Shown here: piece after piece, positions 50,503 through 58,820 of the stretch
Layout of the letters: each line of letters starts with the position of its first letter
Position numbering within the stretch: the first letter of the stretch is position 1
Assembly (NCBI GenBank): GCA_965197645.1
Contig: OZ240219.1
Coordinates: 832,001 to 896,000 of the forward strand
Direction: 5' to 3'
DNA length: 64,000 nt
Origin: Dehalococcoidia bacterium
GTDB lineage: Bacteria > Chloroflexota > Dehalococcoidia > Plut-88900
Notes under the pieces: model-generated
Told to the model about the DNA's origin: nothing
Database searches by the model: none
The model's input: only the letters and a program-made list of their open reading frames with translations
Translations under genes and position numbers: made by a program

Positions 50503-51648
50503 ATGGACTTCAGCCTTACCTCCGAAGAGAAAGTGTTCCGTACCGAGCTTCGGGCCTTCCTCGATGCTTCAATGTCGGCCATTCCCCAACCCCTGCCGGA
50601 CGAAGACTACTACCTGCTGGCCAGGAAGGTGCGCTCAGGTCTAGGCGACCGAGATTGGCTGACCCTGGGTTGGCCCGTTGATCATGGCGGTGACGAATCT
50701 CACGTAAAAGACCTGATACTGCTGGAGGAGATGGCCTATCACCTGGTCCCTCGTGCCAACGACTACGCCACACACCTTGCCGGCCGCCTGATCGGGTCCT
50801 ACGGCACCCAAGCCCAGGCTGACCGGCACTTGGCGGCCCTGGCCGGGGGCCGGGAGTGGTGGTCTACCGGCTTCACCGAGCCCCTGGCCGGGTCACATCT
50901 GTCCAACATCAAGACCAGGGCATTGGACAAGGGCGACCATTACATCGTCACCGGACAGAAGGATTACAGCCACTGGGCGCCGGACTCGGGCTGGTGCCTC
51001 CTGCTGGTCAGGACCGAGCCGGCAACAGAAGGGTCAGAGGGACTGAGTATGCTCCTCCTGGACATGGCCTCGCCCGGCCTGTTTCTCAACCCGGTGGAGT
51101 ACATGACGGGCCGCGTCTTCAGCGAGATCTTCCTCGACGAAGTGGTAGTCCCCAAACACAACCTGCTGGGTGAGGTTGGCCGGGGATGGCAGGTAGCAAC
51201 GGAGATTCTGGAGAGGAGCGGCCTCGGTATCGAGTACTTCGGCTGGGCCAGGAGAGCGCTGGAGCTGGCCAAAGGGTGTGCGCTGGACTTGGGCAGGGGC
51301 TCGCTTACCGACAGGAACAAGCTGGCAGAGGCCGCTATAGACATCGAGGTTAGCCGTCTGCTATCCTATCGCAACGCCTGGCTGCTCAGCCTGGACCGTC
51401 TCGGAAAGCACCATCCCTCCCTTTCGAAGACCTTCGGCGCGGAGATGTTCCAGCGGGTATCCAGGACGGCGATGGAGGTGGCGGGACTCCACTCTCAGGC
51501 CGGCGGCGCTACTAGCGATGATACGGCCATGGCGATCCGAGACCTCTACATCGAGGGACTGGCTGGTACTATACATGGGGGCAGCTCGGAGATCCATCGC
51601 AACCTGATTGCAACGACGGGCCTAGGTCTGCCGATGGCCGAACTGTAG
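50503..51648 (+). CDS. Acyl-CoA dehydrogenase, divergent alpha-type subunit no. 2
   Basis: STGFTEPLAGSHL, FSEIFLDEV and HGGSSEIHR motifs. Confidence 0.85.
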   Translation: MDFSLTSEEKVFRTELRAFLDASMSAIPQPLPDEDYYLLARKVRSGLGDRDWLTLGWPVDHGGDESHVKDLILLEEMAYHLVPRANDYATHLAGRLIGSYGTQAQADRHLAALAGGREWWSTGFTEPLAGSHLSNIKTRALDKGDHYIVTGQKDYSHWAPDSGWCLLLVRTEPATEGSEGLSMLLLDMASPGLFLNPVEYMTGRVFSEIFLDEVVVPKHNLLGEVGRGWQVATEILERSGLGIEYFGWARRALELAKGCALDLGRGSLTDRNKLAEAAIDIEVSRLLSYRNAWLLSLDRLGKHHPSLSKTFGAEMFQRVSRTAMEVAGLHSQAGGATSDDTAMAIRDLYIEGLAGTIHGGSSEIHRNLIATTGLGLPMAEL

Positions 51649-51692
51649 GGGGCCGTCTAGCTGACGCCCCCGGAGCTGGGAAGGAGCCCAAC

Positions 51693-52868
51693 ATGGACTT
51701 CTACTTCACCGACGAAGAGGAGCAGTTTCGGTCCGAGCTCAGGCAGTTTCTGGACGACAATCTACCCGACGATTGGCTGGGCCAGGAGCCCTACGACGAT
51801 GATGTCTGGGGTTTCACCCTGGAGATGCGGCGCAAGCTGGGCCAGAAGGGCTGGCTCGCCATGTCCTGGCCCAAGAAGTACGGCGGCCTGGAAGCATCCC
51901 CGGGCCAGAACGTCATCTTCGCTGAGGAGATGGGCTACTACCGGGCCCCCGGGCGGGACGTACAGGGAGTCGGCTTCCTGGGCCCCTGTCTCATGCACCA
52001 CGGCACCGAGGAGCAACGTCAGACCCACCTGAAGGCCATCACCGAGGGGACCGTGACCTGGTGCCAGGGCTTCAGCGAACCCGAGTCGGGCTCGGACCTA
52101 GCGTCCCTCCAGACCACGGCCGTCCTCGATGGCGACGAGTACGTCATCAACGGCCAGAAGATATGGTCCAGCGGCGCTCACCATTCCACCTGGTGTCATC
52201 TGCTGGCCCGCACCGACCCGGAGGCGCCCAAGCACCGGGGCATCACCTACTTCCTCATCGATATGAACACGCCGGGCTTCGACGTGCGACCGATCGAAGA
52301 CATGTCCGGCAAGCGCAGGTTCAACGAGATATTCCTGGACAACGTTCGGGCGCCCAAGGCCAACGTCATAGGAGAGGTGAACCGGGGCTGGTACGCCGCC
52401 ATGTCCACCCTGGACTTCGAACGGACCTATATCGACGCTTCAGCGAACGCCCGGCGGCTGGTGGAGGACCTGCGCGGCTACGCCGGCGAGACCGCCTACG
52501 ATGGCGGCCTGCTGCTGAACCGAGACTCGGTGCGGGGAACCCTTGCCGACATGGCCGTGGAAGCGGAAATATCCCGGCTGCTGTCCTACCGGGTGATGTG
52601 GATGCAGGGTCGGGGTATAATCCCCAACCACGAATCGTCTATAGCCAAGGCCTTCGGTTCCGAGATGCTGCAGCGCGCGGCAAACGCCGGAATGAGTGTC
52701 CTCGGTATGGCCGGCCAGCTGACCGAGGACTCCAAGTGGGCGCCTCTCCAGGGCATCGTGGAGCGGCTGTATCTAACGTCGGTGAGCAACACCATAGCCG
52801 GCGGCACCTCTGAGATTCAGCGGGGAATCATCGCCAGGCGGGGCATGGACCTGCCCAGGGGAACGTAG
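51693..52868 (+). CDS. Acyl-CoA dehydrogenase, alpha-type subunit no. 3
   Basis: WCQGFSEPESGSDLASL and AGGTSEIQR motifs. Confidence 0.93.
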   Translation: MDFYFTDEEEQFRSELRQFLDDNLPDDWLGQEPYDDDVWGFTLEMRRKLGQKGWLAMSWPKKYGGLEASPGQNVIFAEEMGYYRAPGRDVQGVGFLGPCLMHHGTEEQRQTHLKAITEGTVTWCQGFSEPESGSDLASLQTTAVLDGDEYVINGQKIWSSGAHHSTWCHLLARTDPEAPKHRGITYFLIDMNTPGFDVRPIEDMSGKRRFNEIFLDNVRAPKANVIGEVNRGWYAAMSTLDFERTYIDASANARRLVEDLRGYAGETAYDGGLLLNRDSVRGTLADMAVEAEISRLLSYRVMWMQGRGIIPNHESSIAKAFGSEMLQRAANAGMSVLGMAGQLTEDSKWAPLQGIVERLYLTSVSNTIAGGTSEIQRGIIARRGMDLPRGT

Positions 52869-52988
52869 AGAGAAGGCCTACCCCCCAAGTCGTCCGAAAA
52901 AGCCGACGTTGCGCTGCCGCAGGGAGGATGCCGGTCAGCCAGGGCGGGCGAGAAGGGTGCTATTCGTTATGGTGGAGGTAAATGGCTA

Positions 52989-54167
52989 ATGGACTTTCAC
53001 TTCACGCAAGAAGAACAACATTTCCGAATGGACGTGAGAGACCTCCTCGAGGCCGAGCTGCCGCATGACTGGGAAGGCGCCGACGAGTTCGGCAGGACCA
53101 ATGACGTCGCGATGGACCGGCACATGCGTCAGAAGCTGATCGAGCGCGATTGGCTGACCATGTCCTGGCCCAAAGAGTACGGAGGCCAGGACGCATCCCA
53201 CGTGAAACAGGCCATCTTCTCCGAGGAGATGAGCTATCATCGTGCGCCGGGCATGGACGGGTCCGGCCTTCATCTCCTGGCGCCCGCCCTGATGCATCAC
53301 GGCACCGAGGAGCAAAAGAAGAAGCATCTGGGGCCCATCGCACGCGGAGAGGTCGACTGGTGCCAGGGCTTCAGCGAGCCCGAGTCCGGCTCGGATCTGG
53401 CGTCCCTCAGGACGAAGGCAGAGTTGGACGGGGATGAGTATGTCATAAACGGCCAGAAGATATGGTCCAGCGGCGCCCACATGGCGGACTGGATTTTCGT
53501 CCTGGCTCGCACAGACCCCGACGCGCCCAAGCACCGGGGGATCACCTACTTCCTGGCCGATATGAAGACGCCCGGGATAACGGTGAAGCCGATAATCAAT
53601 CTGATCGGCGACCACCACTTCAACGAGATCTTCTTCGACGACGTCAGGGTGCCTGCCTCCAACATCGTGGGGGAGCTGAACCGGGGCTGGTACGTGGCCA
53701 TGACCACCCTCAACTTCGAGAGGGACGGGACATCCTACACCGCCAGGGCCCGAAAGGCCCTGGACGAGCTGGTCCCCTACGTCAAAGAGACCAGTTTCAA
53801 CGGCAGGCGTCTTTCGGACGACCCCGGTGTGAGGAACAAGCTAGCGGAGCTGGTCCTGGAGGTGGAGGTGAGCCGTCTGCTTGCCTATCGCATGGCGTGG
53901 CTGGTGGACAGGGGCGAGGTGCCGACCTATCAGGCCTCCACTACCAAGCTGGTCAGCACGGAGCTGCTTCTCCGGGTGGCCAACGCGGGCATGCAGATCC
54001 TGGGACTGTCGGGCCAGCTGGTGGAAGGGGACAAATGGGCGCCGTTGAGAGGCCGGTTCCACCGCATGTATTTGTGGAGCATCAGCGATCCGATAGCCGG
54101 CGGAACATCGGAGATACAGCGCAACATACTCGCTACACGCGGGCTGAGCCTGCCTAAAAGCACGTAG
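52989..54167 (+). CDS. Acyl-CoA dehydrogenase, alpha-type subunit no. 4
   Basis: WCQGFSEPESGSDLASL and AGGTSEIQR motifs. Confidence 0.93.
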   Translation: MDFHFTQEEQHFRMDVRDLLEAELPHDWEGADEFGRTNDVAMDRHMRQKLIERDWLTMSWPKEYGGQDASHVKQAIFSEEMSYHRAPGMDGSGLHLLAPALMHHGTEEQKKKHLGPIARGEVDWCQGFSEPESGSDLASLRTKAELDGDEYVINGQKIWSSGAHMADWIFVLARTDPDAPKHRGITYFLADMKTPGITVKPIINLIGDHHFNEIFFDDVRVPASNIVGELNRGWYVAMTTLNFERDGTSYTARARKALDELVPYVKETSFNGRRLSDDPGVRNKLAELVLEVEVSRLLAYRMAWLVDRGEVPTYQASTTKLVSTELLLRVANAGMQILGLSGQLVEGDKWAPLRGRFHRMYLWSISDPIAGGTSEIQRNILATRGLSLPKST

Positions 54168-54180
54168 CTGGAGAGATGTC

Positions 54181-55359
54181 ATGGAATTCCGATTCACGAC
54201 CGAGGAGGAGCAGTTCAGGGGGGACCTCAAGGGGTTTCTGAAACAGGAGCTGCCCGAGGATTGGCGCTATGGCGTCATAGAGTCGTCCGAGGAAGACGTA
54301 GAGCTGGACAGGACCATGCGAAGGAAGCTGGCCCGGAAGGGCTGGCTGACCATGGGATGGCCCAAGGAGTACGGCGGACAGGACGCATCTCCCATCACCC
54401 AGTTCATCTTCAACGAGGAGATGGCCTACCATCGCGCTCCGGGCCGGGACGTCTCCGGCATCGGCATGCTGGGACCCACCCTCATGGTCCACGGCAGCGA
54501 GGAGCAGAAACGCAAGTACCTGGGTGACATCGCCCGTGGCGAGATCAACTGGTGCCAGGGCTTCAGCGAGCCCGGTTCAGGTTCCGACCTGGCATCCCTT
54601 CAGACCCGGGCCGACGAGGATGGCGACGATTACGTCATCAATGGACAGAAGATATGGACCAGCGGCGCACACCATGCCGATAGGTTCTTCATGCTCGCCC
54701 GCACCGATACCGAAGCTCCCAAGCACAGGGGCATCACCTTCTTCCTGGGTGATATGAAACAGCCCGGCATCGAGATACGTCCCATAGTCAGCATGACCGG
54801 TCGCCACAGTTTCAACGAGGTCTTCTTCGACGATGTGCGGGTATCCAAGAGAGACGTGGTGGGCGAGACGAATAGGGGTTGGTACGTGGCCATGACCCTG
54901 CTGGGATTCGAAAGGTCCATCGTCGAGTATCCTGCCGCCGCTCGAAGGGCGTTGGAAGAGCTGACCGACTTCGCCAGGGACACCCGGCGCAACGGCTCGG
55001 CCCTGATAGACGATGCCGGCGTGCGCAACAAGCTGGCGGAGATGGCGATAGAGGTGGACGTGGCCCGGCTGCTCTGCTACCGCGTGGCCTGGTTGTCCAG
55101 CCGGGGCGGTGTTCCCGACTCCGAAGGCTCCATGGCCAAGTCCTTTAGCACGGAGCTGATGCGCCGGTTGGGCCAGACCGGCATGGAGGTCATGGGCCTG
55201 TACGGCCAGCTGGGCAAGGGTTCCAAGTACGCCCCGTTGCAGGGAGGGTTCCGGCACGTCTATTTGGAGAGCGTGGGGCTCTGCATCGCCGGCGGCACGT
55301 CGGAAATTCAACGACACGTCATAGCCACCCGGGGACTGGGGCTGCCCCGGACGGGGTGA
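54181..55359 (+). CDS. Acyl-CoA dehydrogenase, alpha-type subunit no. 5
   Basis: WCQGFSEPGSGSDLASL and AGGTSEIQR motifs. Confidence 0.93.
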   Translation: MEFRFTTEEEQFRGDLKGFLKQELPEDWRYGVIESSEEDVELDRTMRRKLARKGWLTMGWPKEYGGQDASPITQFIFNEEMAYHRAPGRDVSGIGMLGPTLMVHGSEEQKRKYLGDIARGEINWCQGFSEPGSGSDLASLQTRADEDGDDYVINGQKIWTSGAHHADRFFMLARTDTEAPKHRGITFFLGDMKQPGIEIRPIVSMTGRHSFNEVFFDDVRVSKRDVVGETNRGWYVAMTLLGFERSIVEYPAAARRALEELTDFARDTRRNGSALIDDAGVRNKLAEMAIEVDVARLLCYRVAWLSSRGGVPDSEGSMAKSFSTELMRRLGQTGMEVMGLYGQLGKGSKYAPLQGGFRHVYLESVGLCIAGGTSEIQRHVIATRGLGLPRTG

Positions 55360-55533
55360 GGCACCGGGCGTAACGGTGTCGTCGGTCAGGCCAAATCATC
55401 ATCAATCGAGGTAGAGATATGAATGGGTGTGTGGTATCCTACCGAACGGCTTGAGGAAGGCCCCAACAAGAGTGTAATCCAAGACCGAATCACGCATTGC
55501 TAACGGCAACCAGGCAAACAAGGAGGTGTGGTA

Positions 55534-56667
55534 ATGGACCTAGGTCTTAGCGAAGAACAAGAGATGTTGAAGAGGACGGCTCGAGAGCTTCTGGAACGAG
55601 AGTGCCCCAAGACCCTGGTTAGGGACATGGAGGAGGACGATAAGGGATACTCCCCCGAGCTTTGGAAGCAGTTTGCCGATTCGGGATTCCTGGGGCTTCC
55701 CTTCCCAGAGCAGTACGGCGGGACCGGGTTCAGCTTCGTAGACCTGGCGATCCTGCTGGAGGAGTTCGGTAGGGCCCTTGTGCCTGGCCCCTACCTGTAT
55801 AACGTGGCCCTATCGGGCATGGCGATAGCCGATGCGGGCACCGAGGAGCAGAAGCAGGAGCATCTGCCCAAGATAGCCAGTGGCGAGTCCATCTTCACCT
55901 TCGCTCTTACCGAGCCCAGCGGCCGGTGGGACGCCGAGGGAGTGGGCTTGAGTGCGACAGCGGACGGCGATGACTTCATCCTCAACGGCGTGAAGCTGTT
56001 CATCCCCGACGCCCACGTCTCCGACCAGATGCTGGTTGTGGCCCGCACCAGCGAGTCAGACGACCCCAAAGAGGGCATCACCGTTTTTATCGTCGATACC
56101 AAGAGCGAGGGAATCAACACAGAGGTGCTCCAGACCATCGCCTCGGACAAGCAGTGCGAGGTCAACCTGGATAACGTCAGGGTGCCCCGCAGCAGCGTTC
56201 TCGGCGAGGTGGACGAGGGTTGGTCCATCGTGGAGCAGGCCCTGCGCCGCGGCGCCGTGGCCAAGTGCGCCGAGATGGTGGGCAACTCGGAGCAGGTGCT
56301 GGACATAACCGTCGAGTACGCCAAGAACCGGATACAGTTCGGGCGACCCATTGGCAGCTTCCAGGCGATCCAACACCACTGCGCCAACATGGCCACCGAC
56401 GTCGATGGCTCCCGCTTCATCACATACCAGGCCGCATGGAAGCTCTCTGAAGGGCTGCCCTGCGACAAGGAGATATCCATGGCCAAGGCTTGGGTGAGCG
56501 AGGCGTGCCGTAGGGTGGACGGGCTTGGCCACCAGGTCCACGGCGGTATCGGGTTCACCAAAGAGCACGATATGCAGCTCTTCTTCCGCCGGGCCAAGCA
56601 GGCCGAGCTCTTCTTCGGGGACGCCGACTTCCATCGAGAGAAGGTGGCCCAGGAGATCGGGCTGTAA
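55534..56667 (+). CDS. Acyl-CoA dehydrogenase, beta-type subunit (FadE27/28/33-like)
   Basis: ALTEP, RIQFGRPIGSFQAIQH and QVHGGIGFT present; C-terminal LFFGDADFHR lacks the GT.E catalytic motif. Confidence 0.9.
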   Translation: MDLGLSEEQEMLKRTARELLERECPKTLVRDMEEDDKGYSPELWKQFADSGFLGLPFPEQYGGTGFSFVDLAILLEEFGRALVPGPYLYNVALSGMAIADAGTEEQKQEHLPKIASGESIFTFALTEPSGRWDAEGVGLSATADGDDFILNGVKLFIPDAHVSDQMLVVARTSESDDPKEGITVFIVDTKSEGINTEVLQTIASDKQCEVNLDNVRVPRSSVLGEVDEGWSIVEQALRRGAVAKCAEMVGNSEQVLDITVEYAKNRIQFGRPIGSFQAIQHHCANMATDVDGSRFITYQAAWKLSEGLPCDKEISMAKAWVSEACRRVDGLGHQVHGGIGFTKEHDMQLFFRRAKQAELFFGDADFHREKVAQEIGL

Positions 56668-56695
56668 CAGACGCCGGGTCAAGTATGACGGCAAC

Positions 56696-56726
56696 AGGGG
56701 CGGCCCGATTCAATCGGGCCGCCCCT
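56696..56726. terminator. Strong GC hairpin after the ACAD array (probable terminator)
   Basis: AGGGGCGGCCCGAT-TCA-ATCGGGCCGCCCCT perfect stem; only a weak pyrimidine tail. Confidence 0.6.
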
Positions 56727-56808
56727 CTCTGAAACCGGGGGTTGGGCTCCCCTGCAACGGCTCGTGGATATGATACCGGCGCAAACGGAGCCTCAAGTAG
56801 GCCAAGGC

Positions 56809-57150
56809 ATGGACTGCATCTTCTGTAAGATAGCCGGCGGCGAGGTCCAGGGCGACGTTCTCCACCGGGACGACAAAGCCCTGGTGCTCAGAGACATCAA
56901 CCCCCAGGCACCCACCCACCTCCTCGTCCTTCCCATTGAGCACCTGGGGACGGTAATGGAGATAAACGAGTCCAACGCTTCCCTGATGGGGCATATGGTA
57001 CTGCTGGCCAATCGTATGGCCCGGCAGGAGGGCCTGGCCGACAAGGGCTACCGGCTGGCCATCAACTGCGGCGAAGAGGGTGGGCAGACAGTGGGGCACC
57101 TGCACATGCACGTTCTCGGCGGTAGGCAGCTCTCCGGACAGCTGGGCTGA
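56809..57150 (+). CDS. Histidine triad nucleotide-binding protein (HinT-like)
   Basis: DCIFCKI, DINPQAPTH and GGQTV.HLHMHVLGGR motifs. Confidence 0.95.
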   Translation: MDCIFCKIAGGEVQGDVLHRDDKALVLRDINPQAPTHLLVLPIEHLGTVMEINESNASLMGHMVLLANRMARQEGLADKGYRLAINCGEEGGQTVGHLHMHVLGGRQLSGQLG

Positions 57151-57187
57151 CCGGCACATCGGTCCCTTACAAGTTTTCTAATCTTCA

Positions 57188-57784
57188 ATGGTCTCCGACC
57201 CCGAGGCGCTGAGAGAGGCGATTAGCCACCTTCCCAGGGGCTTGACGGCCCACGTCGACCGCGTGGTGGACGTCGCCGTAGAGGTGGGACAACGCTTTGA
57301 GATCGATCCCGCCAGGGTGAAGGCTGCTGCTCTGCTCCACGATTTCGCTCGGCTGGTCAAGGGAGACAGGCTGCTGGAGCTTGCCGAGGAGTACGGTGTG
57401 CCCGTCACTTCCTTGGACGAGAGGATGCCGGTGTTCCTCCACGGCCCCGTCGGCGCTGAGATGGTTCGTAGAGAGCTACACGTAGAGGACGAAGAGGTGC
57501 TGCAAGCCATACGGCTTCACACCATCGGGGGCGCAGGCATGGGGCCGGTGGCGAAAGTGGTCTACCTGGCTGACAAGATCGAGCCCTCCAAGGACTCACG
57601 CTACCCATTCAACCCCGAGGTTAGGGAGCTGGCCAAGGTGGACATGGATAGGGCGATACTCAAGTTCGTCGACAACGACATATCCCGCTACATCGGTACG
57701 GGGGGTTACGTCCACCCGGCCACCATTGCGATGAGGAACGACCTTCTGACCGGCCTCGAAGCAGGGCAGGCCCTGCACCCATAA
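57188..57784 (+). CDS. yqeK: YqeK-like HD-domain Ap4A hydrolase
   Basis: H..RV, AALLHDFAR, LHGPVGA, AIRLHT.G and YLADKIEP motifs. Confidence 0.88.
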   Translation: MVSDPEALREAISHLPRGLTAHVDRVVDVAVEVGQRFEIDPARVKAAALLHDFARLVKGDRLLELAEEYGVPVTSLDERMPVFLHGPVGAEMVRRELHVEDEEVLQAIRLHTIGGAGMGPVAKVVYLADKIEPSKDSRYPFNPEVRELAKVDMDRAILKFVDNDISRYIGTGGYVHPATIAMRNDLLTGLEAGQALHP

Positions 57785-57809
57785 CATGATAGAAGAGAGA
57801 GCAGCATCT

Positions 57810-57908
57810 GAGTCCGTACCTGCGTCATTGCGAGATCCGACGAAGTCGGGTCGTGGCAATCCCGACAAGTCTGGCCGTTAATCCAGCAGAGCCGTTCCCT
57901 CCTATCCA
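57810..57908. repeat. Family A REP-like copy at the left border of the phage-like module
   Basis: GAGTCCGTACC-TGCGTCATTGCGAGATCCGACGAAGTCGGGTCGTGGCAATC plus a 3' flank similar to 13945-13990. Confidence 0.8.
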
Positions 57909-57928
57909 TCCCACAGCCCCCTGCTCCA

Positions 57929-57971
57929 GTGACATTATCTCGTTGACACCATAGAACATATATTCTATCTT
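57929..57971 (+). promoter_or_regulatory. Promoter/operator 1 of the head-packaging module (LexA-box-like palindrome between -35 and -10)
   Basis: GTGACA(57929), TTGACA(57943)-N17-TATCTT(57966); palindrome ATAGAA-catata-TTCTAT at 57951-57968. Confidence 0.75.
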
Positions 57972-58087
57972 TCGCCTATCACATTGGATTGCTCGGCCTG
58001 CTGGTTTGCATTGGAGAGAATGGAATGGAGAGGTTCCCCATTGTCATACAGCCGTGGTCGAGATTTGTCCAACGACGGGAGGAAAGC

Positions 58088-58264
58088 ATGGGCATGTTCC
58101 CCAACGCACTGAAGAAGGGTCACTGGAAGGTGGCCGCCCTGTGTCTGCTCATCGGGATGCTGCGGGTGGCGATGAGACTCTCGCGGGAGGCGCTACTGAA
58201 ACTGGTCCGTGCTGCGAGACCGGCCAACGCATCGGAGAGGAGATCGCATGTCGGAAGGCGATAG
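58088..58264 (+). CDS. Small hypothetical protein with a hydrophobic segment
   Basis: GGAGG RBS before ATG 58088; overlaps the next gene; first ORF after promoter 1. Confidence 0.5.
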   Translation: MGMFPNALKKGHWKVAALCLLIGMLRVAMRLSREALLKLVRAARPANASERRSHVGRR

Positions 58265-58595
58265 AGGAGATCGTCGCGACGGCCGAAAGACCGGCGCGCA
58301 CGACTTTTACGCCTCCGCGGTGAGCGAGGCCGAGCTATTGCGGCTCGATGAGGCCCAGGAGATGCAGGGCCTGGACGGCGAGATCGCCCTGTTGAGGACC
58401 AGGCTGCTCCGGCTGGCCGAAAACCAGCCGGAGGACACCGCTCTGCTCTTCCGGGGCCTGGAGCTGTTGGTCAAGGCCGTCGGTGCCAAGTACCGCCTAT
58501 CGTCCAAGTCCACAGAGGACCTGAGTACGGCGATAGAAGAGGTGTTGAAGAGCATCGGTGGGGCCATGGGACTGGAGGGTTTCAGTGGGAACTGA
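58248..58595 (+). CDS. Hypothetical helical protein, putative terminase small subunit
   Basis: GAGGAG RBS; KTGAHDFYA resembles the NA.KHG.Y motif of some TerS proteins; LDGEIALLR helix; lies upstream of TerL. Confidence 0.55.
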   Translation: MSEGDRGDRRDGRKTGAHDFYASAVSEAELLRLDEAQEMQGLDGEIALLRTRLLRLAENQPEDTALLFRGLELLVKAVGAKYRLSSKSTEDLSTAIEEVLKSIGGAMGLEGFSGN

Positions 58596-58815
58596 CGGAC
58601 TGAAGCAGACCATCGCCAGATTCAAGAAGGCTCGAAGCGGGCCTGTGAAGGCAGGTGTCAACCTCAACCCCGATTCGGCCTTCGAGGCGATGCTGGACAT
58701 TCGCCTTCAGGAGCTTCGACGCCAGGTGGGAGAAGTGAGGAGCCGGGTCAACGGCCTGTTCTTCTTCGTACTCGGTGCGGCGATCGTGCAGGTTGCTCTC
58801 GGCTTCTTCGCTTAG
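58585..58815 (+). CDS. Small coiled-coil protein with a C-terminal TM helix
   Basis: GGAGG then GTG 58585; LQELRRQVGEVRSRVNG followed by LFFFVLGAAIVQVALGFFA. Confidence 0.65.
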   Translation: MGTDGLKQTIARFKKARSGPVKAGVNLNPDSAFEAMLDIRLQELRRQVGEVRSRVNGLFFFVLGAAIVQVALGFFA

Positions 58816-58820
58816 CTCAA

